NCBI RefSeq assembly: GCF_018336915.1
Contig: NZ_CP064923.1
Span: 4,779,846-4,803,845 of the forward strand
Length of the DNA stretch: 24,000 bases
Direction: 5' to 3'
Source of the DNA: Acaryochloris marina S15
Lineage (GTDB): Bacteria; Cyanobacteriota; Cyanobacteriia; Thermosynechococcales; Thermosynechococcaceae
Shown: positions 8,807 through 17,176 of the stretch, piece after piece
Layout of the letters: every line of letters begins with the position of its first letter
Numbering within the stretch: position 1 is the stretch's first letter
Translations under genes and position numbers: made by a program
The notes under the pieces: model-generated
What the model was told of the DNA's origin: nothing
What the model saw: the letters and a program-made list of their open reading frames with translations, nothing else
Database searches by the model: none

Positions 8807-10102
8807 CTAATTGATGGCCTGTCTCGCCATTGCGATCGCACGTTCTTTCTGTGGATCTTGGCCCTGGGCATAGGGGATGGGTAAAGGGATAACCACATTA
8901 GGGGTCACGCCGACCCCCTCTAATCGAACTGTTTTATCGACATAAACATCTTTCACTGCAACATATAGCAAGCTTTGATCTGGCATCAGAAAGGGGCGTC
9001 CAGCCACCACTGCCCCCGCCGTAGGGCTACCAACAACGGGGCCAATATCATATTGTTGAAAGCCATAGGCCAGGATCTCCTTAGCACTGCGGCTTCCTTC
9101 ATTCACAAGCATGACCACAGGCTTATTCCACTGGCCATGGAAGGTAGATGCCTCCCCATCTCTATTAATGCTGGTCAAACTAGGCCCTCTAGCCGTAAAC
9201 AATTGCAGTGCCGTCAGCGGATCGCCTCCCCAACCGTCTCTTAAATCCAGTACCAGGGCATCGGCCTTTCTCAAACGGCCATAGATCACTTCGTCTTCCA
9301 ACTCTTGCTGATACTGATCTCCGGCATAGGACCACATGTGAATATAACCAACCTTTTTTTCATCCGCTTCAACCATCTGCACACTATTAGCGATGGCCTC
9401 TACAAACATCGTGGTGCTATCGAAAAGCTTGGGGGTCACTGTGATGTTTTTTTGACTACTAGAATCTGGAGTCCTTTGGATCCGCAGCTTGATAGGTTGG
9501 TTCGCTTTGCCTTGAAACGATTCCAGCGGGTGAAACGGTTGGTCTGCCACACGAAGAATCTGGTCTCCCACCTTAAGACCAGCCTTGGAGGCAGGGCTAC
9601 CCTCAAAAATTGCCTTAATAAACATTTTGCCTTGGATAGGCTGAGTCACAATCCCAATTCCCTCATACTGAATCTTCCCCTCAGGGAAAGTAGATTTGAG
9701 CTGAGTGCGCAATTCTCTAATGCGGGGATAGAAAATACCCAATAGCTGGTAGTACGCGGGTTCATCAGCAGTAAACAGGTGAGTATGAGACGTTTGCAAA
9801 CGATCCAGCATCTCATTGATCACTTCAGCCTTTTTTGCCCGAGACGATGCCTTGGCCACCTGGGGCTGGTATTGCGATTTCAAGGCTGCCCAGTCTAAGC
9901 CCTTGAATTCAGGGTCGTAAAAGTTTTCATTGACGGTGCTCCAAACTGTATCGAACAAGCTAGGTTGCGCAGAGGACACAGAAGACATCGACCCTTGTGA
10001 GAGCCAAAGCACCAGACCAATGCCTATTGCTATTAGAAAACTTAGTAGATAGCTTTTAGATCGCTTCAATTTTCGGATAACAGTCTGCATCTTTTGTCTC
10101 AC
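8807..10102 (-). CDS. S41-family peptidase with PDZ domain (tail-specific/C-terminal processing protease-like)
   Basis: N-terminal membrane anchor. PDZ segment GSPASKAGLKVGDQILRV. S41 catalytic-region pattern VVMLVNEGSRSAKEILA. Confidence 0.85.
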   Translation of the reverse strand: MRQKMQTVIRKLKRSKSYLLSFLIAIGIGLVLWLSQGSMSSVSSAQPSLFDTVWSTVNENFYDPEFKGLDWAALKSQYQPQVAKASSRAKKAEVINEMLDRLQTSHTHLFTADEPAYYQLLGIFYPRIRELRTQLKSTFPEGKIQYEGIGIVTQPIQGKMFIKAIFEGSPASKAGLKVGDQILRVADQPFHPLESFQGKANQPIKLRIQRTPDSSSQKNITVTPKLFDSTTMFVEAIANSVQMVEADEKKVGYIHMWSYAGDQYQQELEDEVIYGRLRKADALVLDLRDGWGGDPLTALQLFTARGPSLTSINRDGEASTFHGQWNKPVVMLVNEGSRSAKEILAYGFQQYDIGPVVGSPTAGAVVAGRPFLMPDQSLLYVAVKDVYVDKTVRLEGVGVTPNVVIPLPIPYAQGQDPQKERAIAMARQAIN

Positions 10103-10225
10103 CTACAATGAGCTGCGTTGCTAAGCATGATATTGGCGACCATCCCTATAGTGAGAACAACCAACAGTGAATCCGGTCATTATGGGAGTGATACTTTTCT
10201 TCCATGAGGCGCAAAGCGTTCTGGA

Positions 10226-10546
10226 CTAACGTTCGCCCTGGGGTAAGAATTGCCTGCGCTCCAAGTCACGGCGGTGTTTCAGTTGCTGCCTCAACTCCTG
10301 CTGTCGCTGCTTTAGAAATTCATCGATGTGCCGATGCTGATTGAGACAGAACTGCCGATGAAAGTCTAACTGCTGTTGAAGATGCTGCCGCCTTTGTTGA
10401 AACAGAGACCGCTGCTGACGATAGTGTTGAGAATGAACAGGCGTTTGAGCCAGCAGAGGGATTGACCGGCTAAGGGTCAAAGGAGCCGTCAAAAATACCC
10501 TAAGGGATCTGTGGCAAAGTACTGTCATGGAACTGACCTCTGCCAC
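10226..10546 (-). CDS. Hypothetical small secreted Gln/Arg-rich helical protein
   Basis: ORF only. It has a signal-like N-terminus (MTVLCHRSLRVFLTAPLTLSRSIPLLAQ, possibly starting at the internal Met at 10528) and a low-complexity QQRRQ-rich body. Confidence 0.4.
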   Translation of the reverse strand: MAEVSSMTVLCHRSLRVFLTAPLTLSRSIPLLAQTPVHSQHYRQQRSLFQQRRQHLQQQLDFHRQFCLNQHRHIDEFLKQRQQELRQQLKHRRDLERRQFLPQGER

Positions 10547-10660
10547 TAGTGTAGCGAGTTAGATAGATAGCGAGCTTGTTCTTGTCTTGAGCAACTCAGA
10601 CCAATGCAAGTCGGCTTCTTTAGGTCGAACCGACCTCTGCCTGATTGCCTAAATCAGAGG

Positions 10661-12415
10661 TCATTCTCTCACCTCTCGAATATCATGAATATTCCACGTT
10701 ACTTTGCCTAAAGCCGTATATTGGGTGCCTTCAAAGTCATTTCGGACTGCTGCTAGGGCCAACGGATTAATCAGATAAATAAAGGGTAAGTACTCCTGGG
10801 CAATCTGTTGAGTCTCCGCATAAATCGCTTTGCGTTTGGCCTCATCGATCTCTTGAGCACCTTGAATATAGAGATCGTCAATCTTCTGTTCCCAGTCGCT
10901 AACCGTAAAGCCTTGGATGGGTTCACTAGGGGGCTGGGGTTTTTGATTAAACATATGTAGGCCCCCTTCTGGAGACCAGACATTCGCACCCGTATTGGGT
11001 TCTAAACCACCCGTTAACCCCAACAAAGCGCAGTCCCAATCTAATGAGTCACTCAATTTATCAACCATCGTGTTGAAGGCAATGGGGGTATAGTCCACTT
11101 TTATGCCGACTTTCGATAAATCTTGCTTAATTTGGGCTCCTAATGTACTACCTGCAGGGGCCATCAGCGTAAAACGAACTGGATTATCCTTGTCATCAAA
11201 AAGTTGTCCTTTATTTTTGGTGGTAAACCCAGCGTCTTTCAGAAGTTGCTTGGATTTCTCCGGATCATAGTTGTAAACCTTCAGGCCTTCTTCAGGAGAT
11301 AGGTAATAAGGACTTTGAACCGATATCGACGAATTTTGGGGTAAACCTAGTCCTTGATAGGTATTAGCCAGCATTCGCTCTCGATCAATGGCATAGGCAA
11401 CAGCTTGGCGAAATTTGACGTTATTAAACCATCGCGACTTCACAGGGTTGACTAGAGGCTTGTTGTTTCTGCGTCCTCGATTGAGGTTAAAGAGAATAAA
11501 GGTCGTGCCAAAATCAGGCCCCCCTTCATAGATGGTGAAGTTACCAGCCTTTTCTTCCCGCTTCAGGAGCGAAAACGTACTGGCCCGCACCCCTACAGAA
11601 TCTAATCCACCCGAGCGGAATTGTAGAAGAGCCGTATCGGGAGATTCGACAATTTTCCAAATAATGCGCTCAATATTCCCGTTGGCACGACCAGGGATTT
11701 GATAGCGCCAATAAAACTGGTTGCGTCGAAACACGACTCGCTGGTTGGTTTCGTAGGATTCGAGCTGGTAAGGCCCATTGACAATAATTTCCCTGGGGTC
11801 CGTATCGACCCCCCAAGCAGAAATGAATTGGGGATTGCCTTTGCGATCTGGCGTATCCACCAATTTCTTGAGGGCATGGGCCGGCAAAATATTAACGGCC
11901 CCAGCAGTCCGCAGAAATGGGGCAAAGGGTTCCGGAATGGAGAACTCTACTCGCCGGTCATCTAGTTTTCTGACCTTGGGCAAGGCCCGACTTTTACCAA
12001 TTCTGAGAACATCGCGAGTATCAGTAGGAATAGCTTCATTCAGATAGACATCGTTATAGGAAAAAACAACATCATCTGCTGTTAAAGCAACCCCATCTGA
12101 CCATTTCAGATTAGGTCGGAGGGTAAAGATAATTGTGAGTTTATCGGCAGAGAATTCCCAAGACTCCGCAAGGGCAGGCTCAATCTCGCCTGTAAGACCA
12201 TTCTGGGTCGTTAATCCTTCATAAATCAAGCCGAAGACATTGTTGGCTTCTTGACTTTGGGAAGAATTAAACGTTTTAGGGGCACTCAGCAGGGTATCTA
12301 CATACTGGGGCACCCGTGCCGTTTGGGTTTTGAATTGGGAGAGGCTACAGCCAGGGAGTGCGATCGCAACCACCAATACCAAACTCAAAGCCACCCACCG
12401 ACGCAGAAAAGCCAT
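10661..12415 (-). CDS. Second ABC substrate-binding lipoprotein, family 5 (peptide/nickel), orphan
   Basis: Lipoprotein signal MAFLRRWVALSLVLVVAIALPGCS and a family-5 SBP body. There are no adjacent permease or ATPase genes. Confidence 0.85.
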   Translation of the reverse strand: MAFLRRWVALSLVLVVAIALPGCSLSQFKTQTARVPQYVDTLLSAPKTFNSSQSQEANNVFGLIYEGLTTQNGLTGEIEPALAESWEFSADKLTIIFTLRPNLKWSDGVALTADDVVFSYNDVYLNEAIPTDTRDVLRIGKSRALPKVRKLDDRRVEFSIPEPFAPFLRTAGAVNILPAHALKKLVDTPDRKGNPQFISAWGVDTDPREIIVNGPYQLESYETNQRVVFRRNQFYWRYQIPGRANGNIERIIWKIVESPDTALLQFRSGGLDSVGVRASTFSLLKREEKAGNFTIYEGGPDFGTTFILFNLNRGRRNNKPLVNPVKSRWFNNVKFRQAVAYAIDRERMLANTYQGLGLPQNSSISVQSPYYLSPEEGLKVYNYDPEKSKQLLKDAGFTTKNKGQLFDDKDNPVRFTLMAPAGSTLGAQIKQDLSKVGIKVDYTPIAFNTMVDKLSDSLDWDCALLGLTGGLEPNTGANVWSPEGGLHMFNQKPQPPSEPIQGFTVSDWEQKIDDLYIQGAQEIDEAKRKAIYAETQQIAQEYLPFIYLINPLALAAVRNDFEGTQYTALGKVTWNIHDIREVRE

Positions 12416-12483
12416 ACTGTTCCTAACGTTTAACGCTGAGTCTGATGGTAGCGTACAAGTCTATCGGAATTGCCAAGCAAGTT

Positions 12484-13563
12484 TTAAGTCGGGTCAGCAG
12501 CAGGAGTACTCTCCGTACTCACAGGCAAAACAGGGGGCTGAATATAATCGGCAGGGGGTTCTCCGGTTAGGGATTCTAGAAAGGCAACAATATCTCCTGC
12601 TTCCGCATTAGACAGATCTTTACCCAACTGGGTGTTGGCCATTTGCACCACAGCAGCTTTCAGAGATTTGACCGAACCATCATGAAAATAGGGACCGGTC
12701 TCAGCTACGTTGCGCAGAGAAGGCACTTTAAATAGCATCCGGTCATCGTCACTTCCAGTCACTTTGTAGCGCCCTTGATCATCTTGGTTCGGCCAAGGAT
12801 TAACTCGACCGGCTTTTTGATAGGTGTTACCGCCCAAATAAGTGCCGTTATGACATTGAGCACACCCTGCATCCGTAAAGAGGGTTAGACCCCGTTTTTG
12901 TTTGGCATTGAGAGCGGTTTGGTCGCCAGCAAAGTAGCGATCAAAAGGGGCAGGCGTCACCAATCCTCGCTCAAAAGAACCAATAGCTTGACCCAGGTGA
13001 TCATAAGTCACGGACGGTTTGTCTTGGGGAAAGGCTGTGGCAAAGGCTTCCACATATTCCGGCATAGAATTAAGGACTTTGAGAACCTGAGCCTCGGAAG
13101 GCATCGCCATCTCTACTGGATTGAGAATTGGGCCTTTAGCCTGGGCTTCTACATCAGCAGCTCGGCCATCCCAGAATTGAGCCACATGGGAAGCGGCGTT
13201 ATACACCGAGGGAGAATTACGTCCCCCGAGTTGTCCCTTGTGGCCAGGAGAAAAAGGCTGGTTATCAACGCCATAGTGATCGAGCTGATGGCAGCTATTG
13301 CAGGAAATATCCTGATTTTTGCTGAGGCGCTTTTCAAAGTAGAGGCTCCGGCCTAAGGCTACTAGCTCAGGATCGGCAGGCTGCTGTTGGGGATAGAAAT
13401 TCTCGGGTAAGGGCGGACCAAATAAGGCGAGGTTGGGGACTTCATCGGCAATCGCAACATCCGAAACGCAGAGCAACATCAACAAAGTCGCTGCCAATAC
13501 TACCCAAAACACAATCAACCGCTGAATCTTATCGCGGGTTCCGTGATGCCATTGCAAAGTCAT
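12484..13563 (-). CDS. Di-haem cytochrome c peroxidase (CCP/MauG family)
   Basis: Two CxxCH haem motifs (CNSCH, CAQCH), FKVPSLRNV and the GPYFHDG motif typical of bacterial CCPs, and an N-terminal signal/anchor. Confidence 0.9.
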   Translation of the reverse strand: MTLQWHHGTRDKIQRLIVFWVVLAATLLMLLCVSDVAIADEVPNLALFGPPLPENFYPQQQPADPELVALGRSLYFEKRLSKNQDISCNSCHQLDHYGVDNQPFSPGHKGQLGGRNSPSVYNAASHVAQFWDGRAADVEAQAKGPILNPVEMAMPSEAQVLKVLNSMPEYVEAFATAFPQDKPSVTYDHLGQAIGSFERGLVTPAPFDRYFAGDQTALNAKQKRGLTLFTDAGCAQCHNGTYLGGNTYQKAGRVNPWPNQDDQGRYKVTGSDDDRMLFKVPSLRNVAETGPYFHDGSVKSLKAAVVQMANTQLGKDLSNAEAGDIVAFLESLTGEPPADYIQPPVLPVSTESTPAADPT

Positions 13564-13655
13564 GGGCCACCTCTCCTCTTAGAAAACTCTATGGGCGCAA
13601 GCTGCACTCCACTCAAATTTTATGAGTTAGCCAAAAGTGAATGACGACCCGTAAG

Positions 13656-13681
13656 AAAACGTGATGGCTCCATGACGTTTT
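13656..13681. terminator. Hairpin flanked by an A-run and a T-run (bidirectional terminator-like)
   Basis: AAAACGT(13656-13662) pairs with ACGTTTT(13675-13681), plus 4 inner base pairs. It lies just downstream (minus sense) of the gene remnant at 13745-13840. Confidence 0.4.
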
Positions 13682-13744
13682 GGCACAAAACCATACATAG
13701 CTTCGAAGTTCGCAAGAAAAGGTTGAACTCAATCATTAACCCTT

Positions 13745-13840
13745 CAATATCAATGGAGATGTCATCTATGGACAGATCCTTAAGGGGATTATCGCCCATG
13801 GGGGAAAGCTATCCTGAGAGATTTTTCTCGTAAGGCTGCC
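13745..13840 (-). pseudogene. Degenerate, frameshifted remnant homologous to the 3' end of the gene at 16368-17108
   Basis: 13745-13840 aligns with 16385-16504 (e.g. CAATATCAATGGrGATGTCATC, GGGGATTATCGCC, GGGGAAAGCyATCyTGAG). One frame gives GDNPLKDLSIDDISIDIEG, versus GDNPLKNFPIDDIPIDDIPIDIGD in the intact gene. The upstream part (ISQDSFP versus IPQDGFP) sits in another frame. There is no start codon. Confidence 0.6.
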
Positions 13841-14144
13841 ACCCTTGCAAAGTCAGATGCAGCTCACAACAATGCCTTCATGGCACTTCCAAACCGAGTA
13901 ATTGCAATCACTCGGTAACTGGCAAAGGCTGATCGCTTTGTCTGAGGTGAAGCAATAACGCCCAGTTACCATCTACTGACTGTTTTATTTTTTTTCAATG
14001 ACGACCGAAAATGCTCTCCAGAACTTGCTTAAAAACCTTGATACGTTCGCTTACAGATGGTTAATATCTAAGTTTCTAAATTCTTCATGTGTCAGGTCAT
14101 CTTTTTTATACGTTTAACATAAAATAGCTCTGACGCTTGAGATC

Positions 14145-16247
14145 ATGATGCTAGGCATCCAACCATTTAGAGCGGCTTTAACCCCACTCCAAAAAGCTTT
14201 TACCTGTATTTGTTGTTCATCCATGTACCTGACTCGTCTTGTTCACTCTAAGACCCTGCTGTTATTGCGAGAGGCATTTACATCCCTCTTGCCTGTCGTC
14301 TTAGTGATGAATATTATCGTTTTGCTGTCAGGTCTGTCTGGCCTGCTGGCATCTCAGAGCGTGGTAGCAGAGAGTTTCATCAACGGGAATGAAGTCAGCC
14401 GACTCTATTTCTTTTTAGTCCCGTTTTTTCTCAACATTTCCCTGAGCACCCTAATGGCCAAGGAGAAAGATCTGGATCAGGTGAGTACTGTTCTGATCTC
14501 AGTCGTTTGTTTTTTGCGGGTGTCGGGCTTTTTGTTTATCGATTCGACAGGCCAAATCCTCTCGTTTCAAGGTTCAGTGCTCACTAGTATTCCAGCCACA
14601 CTGGTAGCAGTCACACTACTCCATTACTTCAGTCGATTCTCTGCTCTGCAATTTTTTAGAGGTCGATCTGAGGTGAGTCCAGCCCTCCAAAGAACCCTGA
14701 ACCTCCTGATTCCAGGTCTCCTAACAGTGTTGTGTTTTGAGTTAATCGGCCAAGGATTTAGGCTATTTTTTAAGACTGGTCTGTTCAGTTTTTTATTCGA
14801 AATCCTACCTAAATTGCAAGCCACCCAAGAAGTCATTCTCTTTAAGCTAATTTCTCAACTTTCTTGGTTTTTCGGGATTCATGGCGAGTATAGTGCCGAT
14901 GGTCTATTTCGAATTTTGAATGCGATTCCATCCTCTGAAGCTGGCAGTATTCACTTCAAAGTTTTGCATGATGTTTTTATGAATATTGGAGGGTCTGGCT
15001 CCACTTTCGTCGTGCCATTGGCGATTCTTTTTCTACCCGGATCTACCCAATTCAAACCCATTGCGCAGCTGAGTCTGCCATTCGCACTCTTCAATGTGAA
15101 TGAGATTTTATTGTTCGGACTTCCGATTATTCTAAATCCACTCTTTCTGGCACCGTTTCTGTTAGCTCCGCTGGTCAATATGGCTATTGCGCTGACTGCA
15201 ATTCACTGGGGAGCATTCACCATTAGTGCGACTGCCATAAACTGGATGTCTCCGCCTTTATATAGTGCCTATGCGGCCTCTGGAGGATCGGGAGGGGCGG
15301 TACTGACCCAGTTCCTTTGCATCGTTATCGATATGGGTATCTACTATCCATTTCTGGTTCTGGCAAAGCAGCAGTCCAATACTCCACGTGCGCTCCGCAA
15401 GCTCTTGGATGGTGATGCCTACCAGTTTGTGAATAGAGAAATCAATCGCCAAGAAGAGCGGCGTTTTATGACTCAGAAAATGGATCAAGTCCAAGACATG
15501 GAAGAGGTCCAACGCTTACTACAGCAACTCAAAGGCGGGCAGTTTCTCCTCTACTTTCAGCCTAAGGTAGATGCCCAGTCGAAAGCACTCGTTGGCTTAG
15601 AAACGTTGCTGCGTTTCCAAGATGCAGGGGGTAACATTGTCCCCCCTACGTTTTTGCCGATCCTCTACCAACAGGGCTTATCTAAGGCTATAGATCAAAA
15701 AGTGCTGTCGCTTGTTTTTGACCAGATCAAACAGTGGCGAGGGAATGGTCAAGGATTTCCTCAGATTAGTATTAACCTGGATAAACATTTTTTATTAGAT
15801 CCACCCTCTGTAAAGACTTTGATTGCTAAAGCCAGACAAGAAGGGATTTGCTTTGAACTAGAAATTACTGAACATACCTACACTTCGGAAGTGAAATCTT
15901 TGGCATCAGTGGTTCGTGACCTTCGATCTGCTGGGCATCAAGTTTCAATTGATGATTTTGGGGCAGGCTATTCTTCCCTCACAACCTTAGTTTCTCTGGA
16001 AGCAGATTCGGTCAAATTAGACCGCAAGCTGGTCGTCGCCCCTGAAGGGGAAATCCAGCGGGGACGAGTGTTACTAGAGTCTAGTGTGAAGCTCTGTCAT
16101 GACTTAGGATTTTCTGTGGTGGCAGAAGGAATTGAAAACTTGTCTCAGTTACAACTAGTGCAACACTGTGGAGTAGATTTCGTGCAAGGGTATTACACAG
16201 GCAAACCCATGCCTGCTAATCAGGTCAGTCGCCTATTTCAGGCGTAA
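14145..16247 (+). CDS. Membrane protein: PTS EIIC (lactose/cellobiose family)-like domain fused to a C-terminal EAL c-di-GMP phosphodiesterase domain
   Basis: The N-terminal ~430 aa are polytopic, with WFFGIHG, GGSGST, NEILLFGLPIILNP and YYPFLVLAKQQ. These match the ChbC/CelB-type EIIC signatures (WFFGIHG, GGSGAT, NEPILFGLPIIMNP). The C-terminus carries the EAL motifs ETLLR, ISINL, ELEITE, IDDFGAGYSSL, VKLDR, AEGIEN and QGYY. Confidence 0.85.
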   Translation: MMLGIQPFRAALTPLQKAFTCICCSSMYLTRLVHSKTLLLLREAFTSLLPVVLVMNIIVLLSGLSGLLASQSVVAESFINGNEVSRLYFFLVPFFLNISLSTLMAKEKDLDQVSTVLISVVCFLRVSGFLFIDSTGQILSFQGSVLTSIPATLVAVTLLHYFSRFSALQFFRGRSEVSPALQRTLNLLIPGLLTVLCFELIGQGFRLFFKTGLFSFLFEILPKLQATQEVILFKLISQLSWFFGIHGEYSADGLFRILNAIPSSEAGSIHFKVLHDVFMNIGGSGSTFVVPLAILFLPGSTQFKPIAQLSLPFALFNVNEILLFGLPIILNPLFLAPFLLAPLVNMAIALTAIHWGAFTISATAINWMSPPLYSAYAASGGSGGAVLTQFLCIVIDMGIYYPFLVLAKQQSNTPRALRKLLDGDAYQFVNREINRQEERRFMTQKMDQVQDMEEVQRLLQQLKGGQFLLYFQPKVDAQSKALVGLETLLRFQDAGGNIVPPTFLPILYQQGLSKAIDQKVLSLVFDQIKQWRGNGQGFPQISINLDKHFLLDPPSVKTLIAKARQEGICFELEITEHTYTSEVKSLASVVRDLRSAGHQVSIDDFGAGYSSLTTLVSLEADSVKLDRKLVVAPEGEIQRGRVLLESSVKLCHDLGFSVVAEGIENLSQLQLVQHCGVDFVQGYYTGKPMPANQVSRLFQA

Positions 16248-16367
16248 TCCAATGCGTTACTGCCAAACCAGCACTTACTATGAGCTGAAACTGGTCTGGG
16301 ATTCATTATGAAGTAACACCAGGCTGCTTTACACCATAGTCCTTCAGCCTCTAGGCAAACGGCTGAC

Positions 16368-17108
16368 TTAGGGAATCAAGTCTCCAATATCAATGGGGAT
16401 GTCATCAATAGGAATATCGTCAATGGGAAAGTTCTTGAGGGGATTATCGCCATCAAGCTTGAGGGGAAAGCCATCTTGAGGAATTTTTTCGAGTAAAGCA
16501 GTGGTTACGGCATTTGCGATCGCAACCGACAATTTTCCCTCTGCATTTTTAGAGGTCACATCCGTCAACTCAATATCGCTGATATCAAGATCCTCTTCGA
16601 TGCCAAAATCACCAATGGCAGTGACTTTAATGGAAGCTTTGATATTACGGATACTGAGGCGACCAATCTTAACCACCTTCTCGTTACCGCTGCTTTCAGG
16701 CTGATCCTTTTCTTGCAGGGTATCAACCACTTTCACCAAATTATTGTCTGGAATCTGTTGCTCCACCTTCAGATCCAATCCGTTGACGGTCAGGGATTCA
16801 ATGTCCACCTGATCTTGCCAAAGGTTGGAGAGCTGAAAATCTAAATCTAAATTTTGGACTTTAATCAGATGAGGCGTGGAAAATCCATCGGGATTCTTGA
16901 GGGTAATGGCTTTAATGGTCAAATCCCCAGCGAAGGGCTGAAAGTTGAGTCCCTCTACATCCGTATTCACGCCCGTCGTATCTTTAATGGCCCCTTCTAG
17001 GGCTGACTCAATGATGCCATTGCGACTAAACCAGCCAATTCCCAATGCGAGAACTGCGATCGCAACTCCGCCACCCAAAATCTTTAATGCACGCTTCGCC
17101 ATAGCCAC
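16368..17108 (-). CDS. Membrane-anchored protein, AsmA-family N-terminal-domain-like; C-terminal PIDDI repeats
   Basis: N-terminal TM helix, then a pattern resembling AsmA/DUF748 N-termini (TGVNTDVEGLNFQPFAGDLTIKAITLKNPDGFSTPHLIKVQNLDLDFQL...VDIESLTVNGLDLKVEQ). The C-terminus PIDDIPIDDIPIDIGDLIP is encoded by 15-nt tandem units at 16384-16428. Confidence 0.6.
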   Translation of the reverse strand: MAMAKRALKILGGGVAIAVLALGIGWFSRNGIIESALEGAIKDTTGVNTDVEGLNFQPFAGDLTIKAITLKNPDGFSTPHLIKVQNLDLDFQLSNLWQDQVDIESLTVNGLDLKVEQQIPDNNLVKVVDTLQEKDQPESSGNEKVVKIGRLSIRNIKASIKVTAIGDFGIEEDLDISDIELTDVTSKNAEGKLSVAIANAVTTALLEKIPQDGFPLKLDGDNPLKNFPIDDIPIDDIPIDIGDLIP

Positions 17109-17118
17109 CCTGCACTGA

Positions 17119-17144
17119 GAACTGCCGCGCTAGCACGGCAGTTC
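17119..17144 (-). terminator. Stem-loop between gnd and the downstream gene (terminator/processing hairpin candidate, no U-tract)
   Basis: GAACTGCCG(17119-17127) pairs perfectly with CGGCAGTTC(17136-17144), with an 8-nt loop. It lies 33 nt after the gnd stop. Confidence 0.4.
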
Positions 17145-17176
17145 CAGCTTATCCCACAAAAATCCAGCTTGGGAAA

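Noticed and set aside
10632-10662. An 8-bp hairpin, GACCTCTG...CAGAGGTC, overlapping the stop codon of the second SBP gene, considered as a terminator.
   Set aside because: No U-tract follows on the minus strand. It may stabilise the mRNA, but I cannot call it a terminator.
13911-13925. GGCAAAGGCTG in the EAL gene leader resembles the GCAAAGCC segment of the c-di-GMP-I (GEMM-I) riboswitch.
   Set aside because: The other conserved GEMM-I blocks (e.g. ACGCACAGGGCAAACC and the tetraloop/receptor arrangement) are not present.
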